This document shows positions 1 through 10,337 of a stretch of DNA of 64,000 bases, in pieces. The position numbers were made by a program, and so were the translations under genes. The DNA is from Schmidtea nova (lineage: Eukaryota), in contig CM097883.1 in assembly GCA_044892505.1 (NCBI GenBank), forward strand, positions 93,682,001 through 93,746,000, read 5' to 3'. The notes below the pieces were generated by a model. The model was not told the DNA's origin. It was given only the letters and a program-made list of their open reading frames with translations, and searched no databases. Numbering within the stretch: the stretch's first letter is position 1; each line of letters starts with the position of its first letter.

Positions 1-522
1 ACCAAAGAAATCGTACAATTTGCTATTGGTAAAGGTGCATCATCTTTCTACAAAGAACAAATATTCGGAGATCGAAGGATGCCTAATTTAATTCTGGTCA
101 CATTTCAAAGTGAAACTCAATACAATGGATCATATAATGCATCTAGTTCGAAATTCAAACATTTCAATGTAACTTCCCTATCTCTATCGAAAAACACTGA
201 TTATAGAGAAACATACACTCAAGATTTCGAAAATGATAATTATTGTACTACATATATGCAGTCGATGGTCAGAAATATGGGATATTTAGATATGAATTTG
301 AATTGTGGTATAACACTTGCCGATTTTAAAAACAAATACCCTTTCTTTACATTTGTTTTGGCTCCGGATTTCGATTTAAATCAAAGTCAATTACCACAAA
401 ATGGAAATTTGAGATTGGATATAAAGTTTTCTAAAGCTATTGAAGAACCAGTACATGTAATAATATATGGAGTATTTGAAAATGAAATTCAAATTACTGC
501 TAATCGAACAGTATTGGTTTGA
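1..522 (+). CDS. Polinton major capsid protein (double jelly-roll/hexon-like), C-terminal part
   Basis: Frame is open from base 1 (TKEIVQFAIGKGASSFYKEQIFGDRRMPNLILV...). It has FKHFNVTSLSL, YPFFTFVLAPD, GNLRLDIKFSKAIEEPVHVIIYGVFENEIQIT, matching the recalled Maverick capsid C-terminus, and lies directly upstream of the protease. Confidence 0.85.
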   Translation, partial: TKEIVQFAIGKGASSFYKEQIFGDRRMPNLILVTFQSETQYNGSYNASSSKFKHFNVTSLSLSKNTDYRETYTQDFENDNYCTTYMQSMVRNMGYLDMNLNCGITLADFKNKYPFFTFVLAPDFDLNQSQLPQNGNLRLDIKFSKAIEEPVHVIIYGVFENEIQITANRTVLV

Positions 523-589
523 GCAGAGCTCAGACATTACTGGTTTAAACTATCATTATAAATGTGCAATTCAAAGTTAACAATTTGTC

Positions 590-989
590 ATGGAGTAAGT
601 TTTTATTATTTATCAAATAAATCTATTTAAATAGTTCTATTCAGATTAATCGAATTGGAAAACAATTATTGGGAAATGAATTTATTGGAGTATATCCACT
701 AGACAAAATACCTTATTTAGATGACAATCAAGCCATAGTCGTCAATACACAATCATCTACTCTAAGTGGCGAACATTGGATAGCTGTATATGTAAAGCCG
801 ATCAAGATATATGCATTCGATCCATTCGGATGTTACTATCCAGGTTTATTAGTTAGTAAACTGCAAACATTAGGAAAACCTATTGAATATAATCGAATTC
901 GATATCAAGATCCATTAACAATTACTTGTCGTCAACATTGCCTTGCATGGCTTAATTCAATGTTAAAAAGTATAAACAATGTAGTTTAA
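590..989 (+). CDS. Adenain-type cysteine protease, predicted join(590..594,635..989)
   Basis: Motifs FIGVYP, VVNT, GEHWIAVY, FDPFG and YQ..TITCRQHC (His/Asp/Gln/Cys). The track ORF starts at TTG. ATG GA|gtaagt...aatag|T TCT gives an in-frame start MDSIQINRIGK through a 40 nt intron, with TATAAAT at 557-563. Confidence 0.85.
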
Positions 990-992
990 TAT

Positions 993-1427
993 ATGTTTTT
1001 AGAAAAAATGACTTGTTATTTTATTGATATTTACGGTTATAATGATAATTGTGGTGGAAAAATTATTAAAGAATTATGTATTATGAATGTTAATAATATT
1101 TTTCGACCAAAATATTGGATATATAATGATGTTCCTTTTTGGGCTGGAATTGGTGAACCTGATAGATTAGAATGGTATGAAGGTGAAGATCATTTTTGTC
1201 CAACTTGTATTTTGAAAGAAATTGAAGATGTTGGTGCGATTTTCTATGTTACTGATCAAGATAAACTTTCTGTTTTAAAAAGATATTTCCCCTCCCTAAG
1301 ATTAATTAAGTATAATGTTAAGGAAGTTGAAACTTTTCCTGACAATATTTCATGTCCATATCGAGATCATACAAATTGTGCATATAAAGGGTGTTTGGTG
1401 GGGGTTTTAGATTATTTGAAAAATTAA
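993..1427 (+). CDS. Polinton accessory protein with DEDD-exonuclease-like N-terminus and Cys/His C-terminus
   Basis: FIDIYGY...IIKELCI, LEWYEG, IFYVT..K..L and CPYRDHTNCA resemble a recurrent Maverick accessory gene (recalled pattern). Function uncertain. Confidence 0.5.
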   Translation: MFLEKMTCYFIDIYGYNDNCGGKIIKELCIMNVNNIFRPKYWIYNDVPFWAGIGEPDRLEWYEGEDHFCPTCILKEIEDVGAIFYVTDQDKLSVLKRYFPSLRLIKYNVKEVETFPDNISCPYRDHTNCAYKGCLVGVLDYLKN

Positions 1428-1738
1428 TGATATGTTTAAATTAATTGCTTTGAAATACAAAATTAATTGATTTGCAATTGAAATGCATGACCTCTGTGGT
1501 TATCGTGCATGAGTAATCGTGTGTGTGTATTAACGGAAATTATAATAACGTGTTTGATAATACAAACAGCTGGTAATTTCATGTTGTTTGTGTGCGAGCA
1601 TTTCTCTAACCTATATCGATTCTGATTGGTTGGTTAATAAAATTTGAAATTTCATGCTTTATATACACTATACTTTTATTTTTTAGTCACTTTTAATCAC
1701 AAACTTTAAACCGATTAATTACCTATACTCTAAAAAAA

Positions 1739-2232
1739 ATGTTCAATTTTACTATTTCAAAGCAAAGACAACTCGCCGGAGGAATTAATGGTAAATTTCT
1801 GATTTTTATTTTTATATTTCTTATATTTATTTTATTAGAATTAAATATCGCGAATAATATCGCAAACACTCTAACAACAACAACTAGCGGAAATGGAGCC
1901 GCATCATCAGTTGGAAAATCTAACATAAATCGAAATAATGGTAAATTTTCTAAAATGATTATTATTATTTTTATTTATAATATTTAGAAAATTTGCTAAT
2001 TAATGTATCTAAATTCCATGAAGTAGATATTGATGGTGCTAATTATATGCCGAATTATGCCCCAAATTATATGCCGAATTATGCCCCAAATTATGCTCCG
2101 AATTATGCCCCAAATTATGCTCCGAATTATGCTCCTAATTATGCATCAAGTAATGCCGTAAATGACTGCAGTATTTCGGATGTCCTGAATTCTGGATCGA
2201 ATTTCGTTGGAAAAGTATCGAAGAAATGTTAG
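1739..2232 (+). CDS. Predicted three-exon gene join(1739..1790,1839..1940,1988..2232), 132 aa, with NYAP/NYMP tetrapeptide repeats
   Basis: Two GTAAAT...TAG phase-1 introns (48 and 47 nt) fuse track ORFs 1739..1987 and 1993..2232 in frame (399 nt spliced). Inverted CCAAT (1623) and TATA (1660) lie upstream. Confidence 0.7.
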
Positions 2233-3108
2233 TATTTATTGTATTTTCGTTTAATTTCTTTTTTAAAGTTATTATTTGTTTTTTATTTTAAAGTTATTAA
2301 TATTTGTTTTTTTATTTTAAATTAATAATAATAATATTTTATGATGAAGAATAAATTTACTATATCTTTAATGTAATATGTAATTGTTTGTTGAACCATT
2401 ACGTATTAAGTTAAAGATAAATAGTTTATAAAATTAATTATTTTTATATTACGAGGAAAGAATTTTAGTTTTTCTATAATAAAAATTATATAATGAACAT
2501 ATTTTAATGAAAATATATTATTTTATGACGAAGAAATCTATGTTCTAAATCTATGATAAATATTATGTTGATAACCTATTTCATTTTATGAGATTAAGTT
2601 TTAATAATATTTATTTTTAATAATTGTTTTACGACGAAATTACTTTAAGAATAGATTGTGATGGAAATTTTAGGAATATTTATAACAAATGATATTTATT
2701 TTCAATAATATTATAAAGTATTATTAAAAGTTATAATAAAAAATAATATTTTATTTAATAATTTATTGAAAATAATATTAGTTAATAATAGTTTTTTTTT
2801 ATAGATAATATTAATAATAATACTAACTTAATTATAATATTAAGAACTAACATGTTTATCATATAACATACGGTAATATAATCGTTAAATTATCATATTT
2901 CGTTAATCGCACATCATAGAGTTACATAACCCTTTCAAACATAAACTTTATCTTTATTTTGACATTTGACTAGCTTATTATGTAATAGTTTAAACTGATA
3001 AAATAGATTTAACTTTTCGGTAATAGGTTAAACTTTTGTTTATTTTTCAATTATTTTATAATTATTTTATAATTATTTTATCATTATTTTAAAGGTTCAG
3101 ATTATCCA

Positions 3109-6100
3109 TTGTACTGTAATAGTACTTTACATAATGATTGCCATCACATTATGGAAAAATACTATTCCTACAAATATAATGGTGTCACCCACCTCCTCTG
3201 TCCTAAATGTAAAATTATTGAAACGATATCATATAGAGAATTCTTTAACAAACATAGGTCCCATCTTACTCAATATATGCCTTCAAAAAAATCACTTTTT
3301 AAGAGTTTAAATCAAAACCAAATTAATTTCAATTATAATAATAATAACTTTAATCAAAATAATAATAACAATAATAATAATAAAAATGCCAACATTAACA
3401 ACAACAATAATCTCAATAATAATACAAATAATCTAAATAATAATAATAATTTACAAAATATCAATAAAAGAAAAAACACAACAAATATGGATTCAGTTCC
3501 TACAAAAATACAAATAATCGACATCAGTGATGANNNNNNNNNNNNNNNNNNNNNNNNNNNNNNNNNNNNNNNNNNNNNNNNNNNNNNNNNNNNNNNNNNN
3601 NNNNNNNNNNNNNNNNNNNNNNNNNNNNNNNNNNNNNNNNNNNNNNNNNNNNNNNNNNNNNNNATCAGTGATGATGAAGATATTAATAATATTGATAATA
3701 ATAATAGTAGTAGTAGTAATATTCATACTATAACCATCAATGATGATGATGAAGAAATAATCATCATCAGTGATGATGAAAATTCCCAATTAAATAATAA
3801 TATAAATAATAATCAAATTGGATATGGGTTAGTCGAAGTCAATTCTGACTTGAACGACAATCATGTTATAATAAAACTAGATGTCACAAATTTAGAATTA
3901 AAAACGGTCTCAGTGCCTGACATTTTGTTAAATAAATTAAATTTCTATGTTAATAAATTAAAATCATGTAAAATTCAATTTTGCCTTAAGGTGGAATTTG
4001 AGAAAGATGATGAGTTACAATCTTTCGTCATCTCAAATTCCGCCAGAGTTTGGAGCGATACCTTCATTGACGAAGGTATTTCAAATTTAAATGAGAAAAT
4101 AGTTCAAATAAATGAAAAAGGTAGTAATTGGACTATCAATAAAATCGAGTACATAAGTTTTGTTCTCACTAAATTTTCAGAAATAAGTCGGTTAAGTGGC
4201 AATAGTTTTATTAAAACCCCTAAATCATTAAAGAATTTAAGCTGTCTTATAAATGTAATTAATAATGACAATTTTTGTTTCTTGTATAGTTTCCTATCAA
4301 TTATTAAATATGAAAATGTCAATAGACATTATAGAAATCGTCCTACTTCCTACGATCTTTCACAAATTAAATTTGACCCTAATGATATGCCGATGAAACT
4401 GGCAAATATAAGTAAATTTGAAAATCAAAATCCCGGCTATAGTATTAATGTCCTTAGTTATGACGAAAAGGCCTTGATAGACATTTCTGATGAAGATGCA
4501 GTTTTGAAGCATCCTTTTATTGATATAATTTATCGAAGTAAGGTAGTAGGAGGAATACCTATAAATTTATTATTAATTGAAAATAAGAATACTTATCATT
4601 ATGTGGGAATCACAGATTTAAATAGATTCCTTAATTGTAGGAATAGTTCAATCACTCCTGTTAGGATTTGTAGCCAGTGGTGTCCTAGGTGTTTAAACGG
4701 TTTTAGGAACAATGAGTCTTTTAATAGGCATAGGGGTCTTTGTGATAGAAATCAGCTGGGTACTACCTTGTACACATTACCCAAAAACAAATATCTTGAA
4801 TTTACTGATTGGAAGAAAACTGTCACTCCTCCCTTTGTTATTTACGCCGACTTTGAGGCTATCTTACCAAAAGATGTTAAATACTTTCAACGTCACTTGC
4901 CGATTTCTGCTGGCTTACTTCTAATTAATAATTTTACCGGTGTAAAAATTTATAAATCATTCGTCGGCTTAGATTGTGTCAATCAATTTCTTAATGAAAT
5001 TGAGTTGATTAGTAAACATATAGTGACGCCTTTCTTTTATAAAAATTATCAAAAGAAAATGATAATTACCGACGTTCAACAATTAGATTTCGAAAACAGC
5101 ACATCTTGTTATTTGTGCAATAAACCTTTAGTTTGTCCAGTTAGGGACTATGACCATTTTACCGGTCTATTTCTTGGCGCAGCTTGCAAAGCTTGCAATG
5201 TCTCAAGGCAAATTAGACATACCCTTCCTGTCATCTTTCATAATTTAAAGGGTTATGATCTACATCACATCTTAAAATTTGGCCTTTCAAAATACCATTC
5301 ATGGAATATTAGTTGTATTCCTTTGACCAGCGAGAAATTTCTTAGTCTTTTTGCTAGGATTGACTCCTTAACCGTTAAGTTCATAGACTCTTATCAATTT
5401 GTCAGCGAGTCTTTAAATAATGCTGTCAAAACTTTATCTTCTTTACCCTTGACCGAATCTGAATTTCAGGGTACAATAATAACAGCAAAGGGAATTTTTC
5501 CGTATGACACGGCAACTTCTTTAGAAGTTTTACAAAACACTCATCAGTTACCTCCTATCTGGAAAGACGTGAAGCCAGATGAATATGAGACAGCTCAGAG
5601 AATTTGGCTTGAAACCTCATGTACATCGCTTTATGATTACATGATGGTTTATTTGAAACTCGACGTTTTCCTTTTAGCTGATTATTTTCAGCAATTTAGA
5701 GCTAAGTCTATTGTACATAACCGACTAGAACCACTAAATTTCTTAGGAATTCCAGGTATGTCTTGGAATTCCGCCTTATTAACTTTAAAATCTTCAATTG
5801 AGCTCCTCACCGATATGGAGATGTATAACTTTTTCGAGGGCGGTATCCGTGGCGGATTAACCTTTGTAAATAAACACTATGTAAAAACAGGCCCGGATAC
5901 TGCATTGCTTTACATAGACATAAATAATTTATATGGTTGGGCATTAAGTCAACCTTTGCCATGCAGTAACTTTGAATGGGTCACAGATGACCACTTATTA
6001 AATGATATAATTGTTGAGTGCACATCGGTAGATTTAGATGTACTTCATTATGGTTATACCATAGAAGTGGATTTAGAAATACCGGCGTCGATTCACGACA

Positions 6101-7287
6101 AACTGGATGATCTTCCAGTTGCCGCTGAAAAGATGTGTGCACCGGGTTCGAAAGTTGAGAAGCTGCTGCTTACGCACTATCCAAAGAGGAACTACGTTCT
6201 TCATTGGAGGCTTCTGCAACTGTTTATTAAATTAGGTGTTAAAATATCAAAAACACATAGAGCAATAAAATTCACACAAGATAAAATGTTTCAAAATTAT
6301 ATAAATACAAATACGGCGTTACGAGCAACGTCGACAAATAAATTAGATAAAAATTTTTATAAATTACTCAACAACAGTCTTTACGGCAAGACTGTTGAAA
6401 ATCTTAAAAAACGTATAAATTTGCGTTTATGCAATTCGTCACAGAAGTTAATGACTTACTGCTCCAAACCGACTTTCCGAAAATCCACTAAGATCGACGA
6501 TGACTTGATTTCTGTTTTGTTACGGAAGGAATCAGTGTGTTTGGATAGACCTAGTTACATTGGTCAAACAGTACTAGATTTATCCAAACTTAGGATGTAC
6601 CAGCTGCAGTATGAAGAGTTGCAAAAATATCGTGACGACTTCAACTGCGAAATCAATATCGTTGCTGGGGACACTGATTCCTTCTTTTTGGAAATTAAAA
6701 ATCTTTCGTTAGATATACTCTTACCGGCAATGATTAGGGACAATCTTCTTGACACTTCGAATTATGACCCAAATCATCCTTTATACAGTAGGAACCTTGA
6801 TTCTGTCATTGGAAAGTTCAAAGACGAGAATAAAGGGCTACTGTATGAAGAGTGGGTGTTCTTAAGACCTAAGTGTTATAGTTTAATGGGCGATGAGGCA
6901 TGTATGAAAGCTAAGGGGATTTGCATGAAAGATGCTGGACTAACACATCAGTCGTATCTAGATTGTTATTTAAATAACAAAATATACACAGTCCCCCAGT
7001 TTAGAATAACTAGTAAGAACCACCAGTTATTTAGTATAAAAAATAATAAGAGGGCCTTGACTTGTAAGGATGACAAGCGTAACTGGATTGATAAAAATAA
7101 AAGTTTGGCATATGGCCATTATAGAGGGGGTGACACCAATATATTTGTAGATGATCCTGATGAGTGGGCAAATACAGAATGGCTAGATGCCGAATGGCCT
7201 CATACAGAATGGTCCGATGCCGAAAATCTTGAATGGGATAATGTCGATAACATAATGTTGCCGATAAATGAAGACACAATGTCGTAG
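3109..7287 (+). CDS. polB: Protein-primed family B DNA polymerase (pPolB) with long low-complexity N-terminus; spans a 130 nt N gap
   Basis: Exonuclease motifs YADFE, FHNLKGYD, FIDSYQF, KGIFPY, LDVFLLAD. Polymerase motifs YIDINNLYGWAL, KLLNNSLYGKT, GDTDSF. Track start is TTG and the true start is uncertain (first in-frame ATG gives MEKYY). Confidence 0.95.
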   Translation: MYCNSTLHNDCHHIMEKYYSYKYNGVTHLLCPKCKIIETISYREFFNKHRSHLTQYMPSKKSLFKSLNQNQINFNYNNNNFNQNNNNNNNNKNANINNNNNLNNNTNNLNNNNNLQNINKRKNTTNMDSVPTKIQIIDISDXXXXXXXXXXXXXXXXXXXXXXXXXXXXXXXXXXXXXXXXXXXXISDDEDINNIDNNNSSSSNIHTITINDDDEEIIIISDDENSQLNNNINNNQIGYGLVEVNSDLNDNHVIIKLDVTNLELKTVSVPDILLNKLNFYVNKLKSCKIQFCLKVEFEKDDELQSFVISNSARVWSDTFIDEGISNLNEKIVQINEKGSNWTINKIEYISFVLTKFSEISRLSGNSFIKTPKSLKNLSCLINVINNDNFCFLYSFLSIIKYENVNRHYRNRPTSYDLSQIKFDPNDMPMKLANISKFENQNPGYSINVLSYDEKALIDISDEDAVLKHPFIDIIYRSKVVGGIPINLLLIENKNTYHYVGITDLNRFLNCRNSSITPVRICSQWCPRCLNGFRNNESFNRHRGLCDRNQLGTTLYTLPKNKYLEFTDWKKTVTPPFVIYADFEAILPKDVKYFQRHLPISAGLLLINNFTGVKIYKSFVGLDCVNQFLNEIELISKHIVTPFFYKNYQKKMIITDVQQLDFENSTSCYLCNKPLVCPVRDYDHFTGLFLGAACKACNVSRQIRHTLPVIFHNLKGYDLHHILKFGLSKYHSWNISCIPLTSEKFLSLFARIDSLTVKFIDSYQFVSESLNNAVKTLSSLPLTESEFQGTIITAKGIFPYDTATSLEVLQNTHQLPPIWKDVKPDEYETAQRIWLETSCTSLYDYMMVYLKLDVFLLADYFQQFRAKSIVHNRLEPLNFLGIPGMSWNSALLTLKSSIELLTDMEMYNFFEGGIRGGLTFVNKHYVKTGPDTALLYIDINNLYGWALSQPLPCSNFEWVTDDHLLNDIIVECTSVDLDVLHYGYTIEVDLEIPASIHDKLDDLPVAAEKMCAPGSKVEKLLLTHYPKRNYVLHWRLLQLFIKLGVKISKTHRAIKFTQDKMFQNYINTNTALRATSTNKLDKNFYKLLNNSLYGKTVENLKKRINLRLCNSSQKLMTYCSKPTFRKSTKIDDDLISVLLRKESVCLDRPSYIGQTVLDLSKLRMYQLQYEELQKYRDDFNCEINIVAGDTDSFFLEIKNLSLDILLPAMIRDNLLDTSNYDPNHPLYSRNLDSVIGKFKDENKGLLYEEWVFLRPKCYSLMGDEACMKAKGICMKDAGLTHQSYLDCYLNNKIYTVPQFRITSKNHQLFSIKNNKRALTCKDDKRNWIDKNKSLAYGHYRGGDTNIFVDDPDEWANTEWLDAEWPHTEWSDAENLEWDNVDNIMLPINEDTMS

Positions 7288-7799
7288 ATAATTGTGGAAA
7301 TGCCGAGGGACTTGCATGTCCAACCAGATAATATAGACGGCTCTTTGTTATTTTAATAAATTTTTTATCAAAAAACATTAGTTTTTAATTTTGTTGATTT
7401 TTTTATGTGTTGTTATGATTTGTTTTTCATAACNNNNNNNNNNNNNNNNNNNNNNNNNNNNNNNNNNNNNNNNNNNNNNNNNNNNNNNNNNNNNNNNNNN
7501 NNNNNNNNNNNNNNNNNNNNNNNNNNNNNNNNNNNNNNNNNNNNNNNNNNNNNNNNNNNNNNNNNNNNNNNNNNNNNNNNNNNNNNNNNNNNNNNNNNNN
7601 NNNNNNNNNNNNNNNNNNNNNNNNNNNNNNNNNNNNNNNNNNNNNNNNNNNNNNNNNNNNNNNNNNNNNNNNNNNNNNNNNNNNNNNNNNNNNNNNNNNN
7701 NNNNNNNNNNNNNNNNNNNNNNNNNNNNNNNNNNNNNNNNNNNNNNNNNNNNNNNNNNNNNNNNNNNNNNNNNNNNNNNNNNNNNNNNNNNNNNNNNNN

Positions 7800-7917
7800 T
7801 GACTATAGATCAAAATTTTTTTTTTATAAACAATAACACAATATTTCGGCACAGCCTTTATCAAGTGCCGAAATATTGTGTTATTGTTTATAAAAAAAAA
7901 ATTTTGATCTATAGTCA
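7800..7917. repeat. Perfect 53 bp inverted repeat with 12 nt loop
   Basis: 7800-7852 is the exact reverse complement of 7865-7917; it abuts the N gap. Confidence 0.9.
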
Positions 7918-7977
7918 TTATGAGAATTATTGATAATAATAATAAAAAAAGATCAAAGGTGAAAAAAGATAATTATG

Positions 7978-8062
<85 letters not shown>
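7978..8062. repeat. (AAT)n microsatellite, about 28 units
   Basis: Direct reading. Confidence 0.95.
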
Positions 8063-8064
<2 letters not shown>

Positions 8065-8511
8065 GGATATGTAAATAACTTTCAATAGAAAGAAGATTAG
8101 CATAAAAATTATTAATTTCTAATCAATTTAAGGAATTTCCCCGACTTGACCCTTTTTACGTGTAAAATTTGGTCGGATGAGACCAATTTTTTATGTTTTT
8201 CCTTTTTTGTGCCTTTTTTGTTCGCCTTTGAATTCTCAGTAGATTGGTATAAAAATTATTGAAATCTGAGCATTTTTGAAAGTTTTGGAAAAAATGTTGA
8301 AAAAATTAATTTATTTTATATTTTATGAAAAAATAAATAAAAATAAATAAATTTCAGTATTACGTCATCAATTACGTAACAAAATAACATTATGTAATAA
8401 TTTTAAAAATTTTAAAAATTACGTAATATATAAAATATTGCGTAATAATAAATTATTACGTACCAAAGTACCCCCCTCCCCCGGTCTAGGGATAAATGGC
8501 TTGAAATCAAA

Positions 8512-8540
8512 TTGTTCCCGGCTCCACACATCTACCTACT
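8512..8540. repeat. Polinton terminal sequence (right TIR end)
   Basis: TTGTTCCCGGCTCCACACATCTACCTACT, 28/29 identical to 55181-55209. Confidence 0.85.
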
Positions 8541-10082
8541 ACAGTTAGATGCTAGTGGAAATGAAAGAGTGATAGCTTATGGCTCTCATGCGATGAACAC
8601 CCACGAATTAGGTTACTGTATTACTAGAAAAGAACTACTTGCAATTTACTATTTTACATTGCATTTTAAGCACTATTTATATGGTAAACGATTTCGGATT
8701 AGAACAGACCACAAAGCAATAACTTTTATGATAAAAACTAAAAAACCAATAACACCACAATTCCAAACATGGATATCAAATTGGAATACAGAAAGGGTGA
8801 CCTACATAGTAATGCTGATGCATTGTCAAGGAAAGACTGCGTGACTTGCTTACAATGTCAGACCATTCACGAAGAACCAAAGAAAGGGAGATTAAAGACA
8901 AGAATATTAGCCCTCATGCTAGGAGACAATGGTTCAACATGGCAAAAGGATTCAAAAGATATATTAATTATAAAGAAACAGATTAATGACGAAGAAAAGT
9001 TAGGCTTAAAAGTTGAAGATGAGGTTATAAAAACAATGAAAGACAAAATATGGATACCAAATGACAACGTAAAAAATTTTATAGAATATACGCATCGTAC
9101 ACTTTGTCATGCTGGAGTAAGGAAAGTAAATGACTATATATCACAGAAGTTTGATATGGAAAACAAAATGGAAAATATTAAAAATGTTGTTCAAAGTTGT
9201 GAACAATGTCAAAAACGAAAATCTGTTACCACACGCACGAAAGAAACGATAATGAAACATAGAATACCAGAATTATTTGAAGTTCTATTTGTAGACATTT
9301 GTGGGCCATTCAAAACGACAGTTAATGGAAAGAAATACATTCTTGCAATAATTGATCAATTTAGTCGATATATTTCTTTGAATGCTATAGCAAGACAAGA
9401 TGAAAATACCACTGCAAAGGTAATTAAAGATAATTGGATTTTAAGATTTGGAGCACCGAAATTGATATATTTTGATAAAGGAAAAGCGTTTGAATCTAAC
9501 GTAATAAAAAAACTTACAGGAACACATAAAATGGAGATAACATATAGTAGCCCATATCATCATTCGGCAAACGGCGTGATTGAAAGACAATTTAGAACTA
9601 TTAGAGATGCTATTCAAATATCAATAAAAGATAAAATGCATAACAGTAATTGGGCCGATATATTACCAGAAGTAGAGTTCATGTTAAATTCAACAATTCA
9701 AAGCACAATTGGATTCAGTCCAGCAGAAGTAGTTTATGGCAAGAAAATTTACAGAGAATGGCCTTCGACAGTTTTTGGCGAAATGGAAGTGAGTGATTAT
9801 ATGAAAGAACAAAACGAAAGAAGAGAGATTATAGATTCAAAATTACGCTTAAATGGAGACAAATTGATATATAACAACTCGACAAGAATAAACCGCGAGT
9901 TCTCGATTGGGGATCTAGTTTTAGTTAAAAAGGACGTAAGAACGAAAGACGACGATAGGTTTGATGGTCCATGTGAAGTAATAGAAAAGAACCATGATAG
10001 GAGTTATATAATAAAAATGCAAAATGATAAAATCTTGATTAGAAATATCGAATGGCTTAAGCGATACCATATAAGCAAATAA
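8541..10082 (+). pseudogene. pol: Ty3/Gypsy pol remnant: RNase H C-terminal part and integrase, one frameshift near 8770
   Basis: ERVIAYGS, ELLAIYY..HFKHYLYGKRFRIRTDHKAI (RNase H); NADALSR; HRTLCH..CEQC zinc finger; FVDICG / YFDKGKAFES / NGVIER DDE triad. The 5' side is cut by the Polinton terminus. Confidence 0.92.
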
Positions 10083-10090
10083 TTGAAAAT

Positions 10091-10330
10091 AAAAGGGAGG
10101 GGGATGTGAGATGAAATTGATAAATTAATTATATATTATAAAAATCAGTATGAGTGTTACATTATGTATATGTTGTGTATGAATGTTGAAATTGCTCAAA
10201 GTATTATTTATATTAATATATATATTCTCCAAGATAATAAAAAAGAAAAATATTTGTTTTAATAATATATTTTTTTGAACGAAAGCGTGTTTTCAATTTA
10301 TGTATAAGAAAATTAATAATCAACCTAATA
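10091..10330 (+). mobile_element. Polypurine tract (10091-10104) and truncated 3' LTR starting TG at 10105
   Basis: AAAAGGGAGGGGGA then TGTGAG just after the integrase stop. No matching LTR end (CTCACA) occurs before the array starts, and no second LTR is in the window. Confidence 0.7.
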
Positions 10331-10337
10331 ATGGAGT

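Larger units (their letters stand above)
1..8540 (+). mobile_element. Polinton/Maverick (adintovirus-like) element 1, right part; left end lies outside the window
   Basis: Capsid, adenain and pPolB genes are co-oriented. The element ends in ...CACATCTACCTACT (reverse complement AGTAGGTAG..., an AG-start terminus typical of Polintons), and the same 29 bp ends element 2 at 55181-55209. Gypsy coding sequence resumes immediately after 8540. Confidence 0.9.

Noticed and set aside
3020-3094. Intron supplying an upstream ATG exon for polB
   Set aside because: A good acceptor exists at 3094, but neither candidate donor gives an open upstream exon with ATG.
7405-7918. ORFs 7405..7836, 7427..7918, 3493..3789 and 3527..3733
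   Set aside because: Artefacts of reading through N gaps.
8512-8540. Track ORF start MFPAPHIYLL as part of Gypsy RNase H
   Set aside because: These codons are Polinton terminal DNA; Gypsy sequence starts at 8541.
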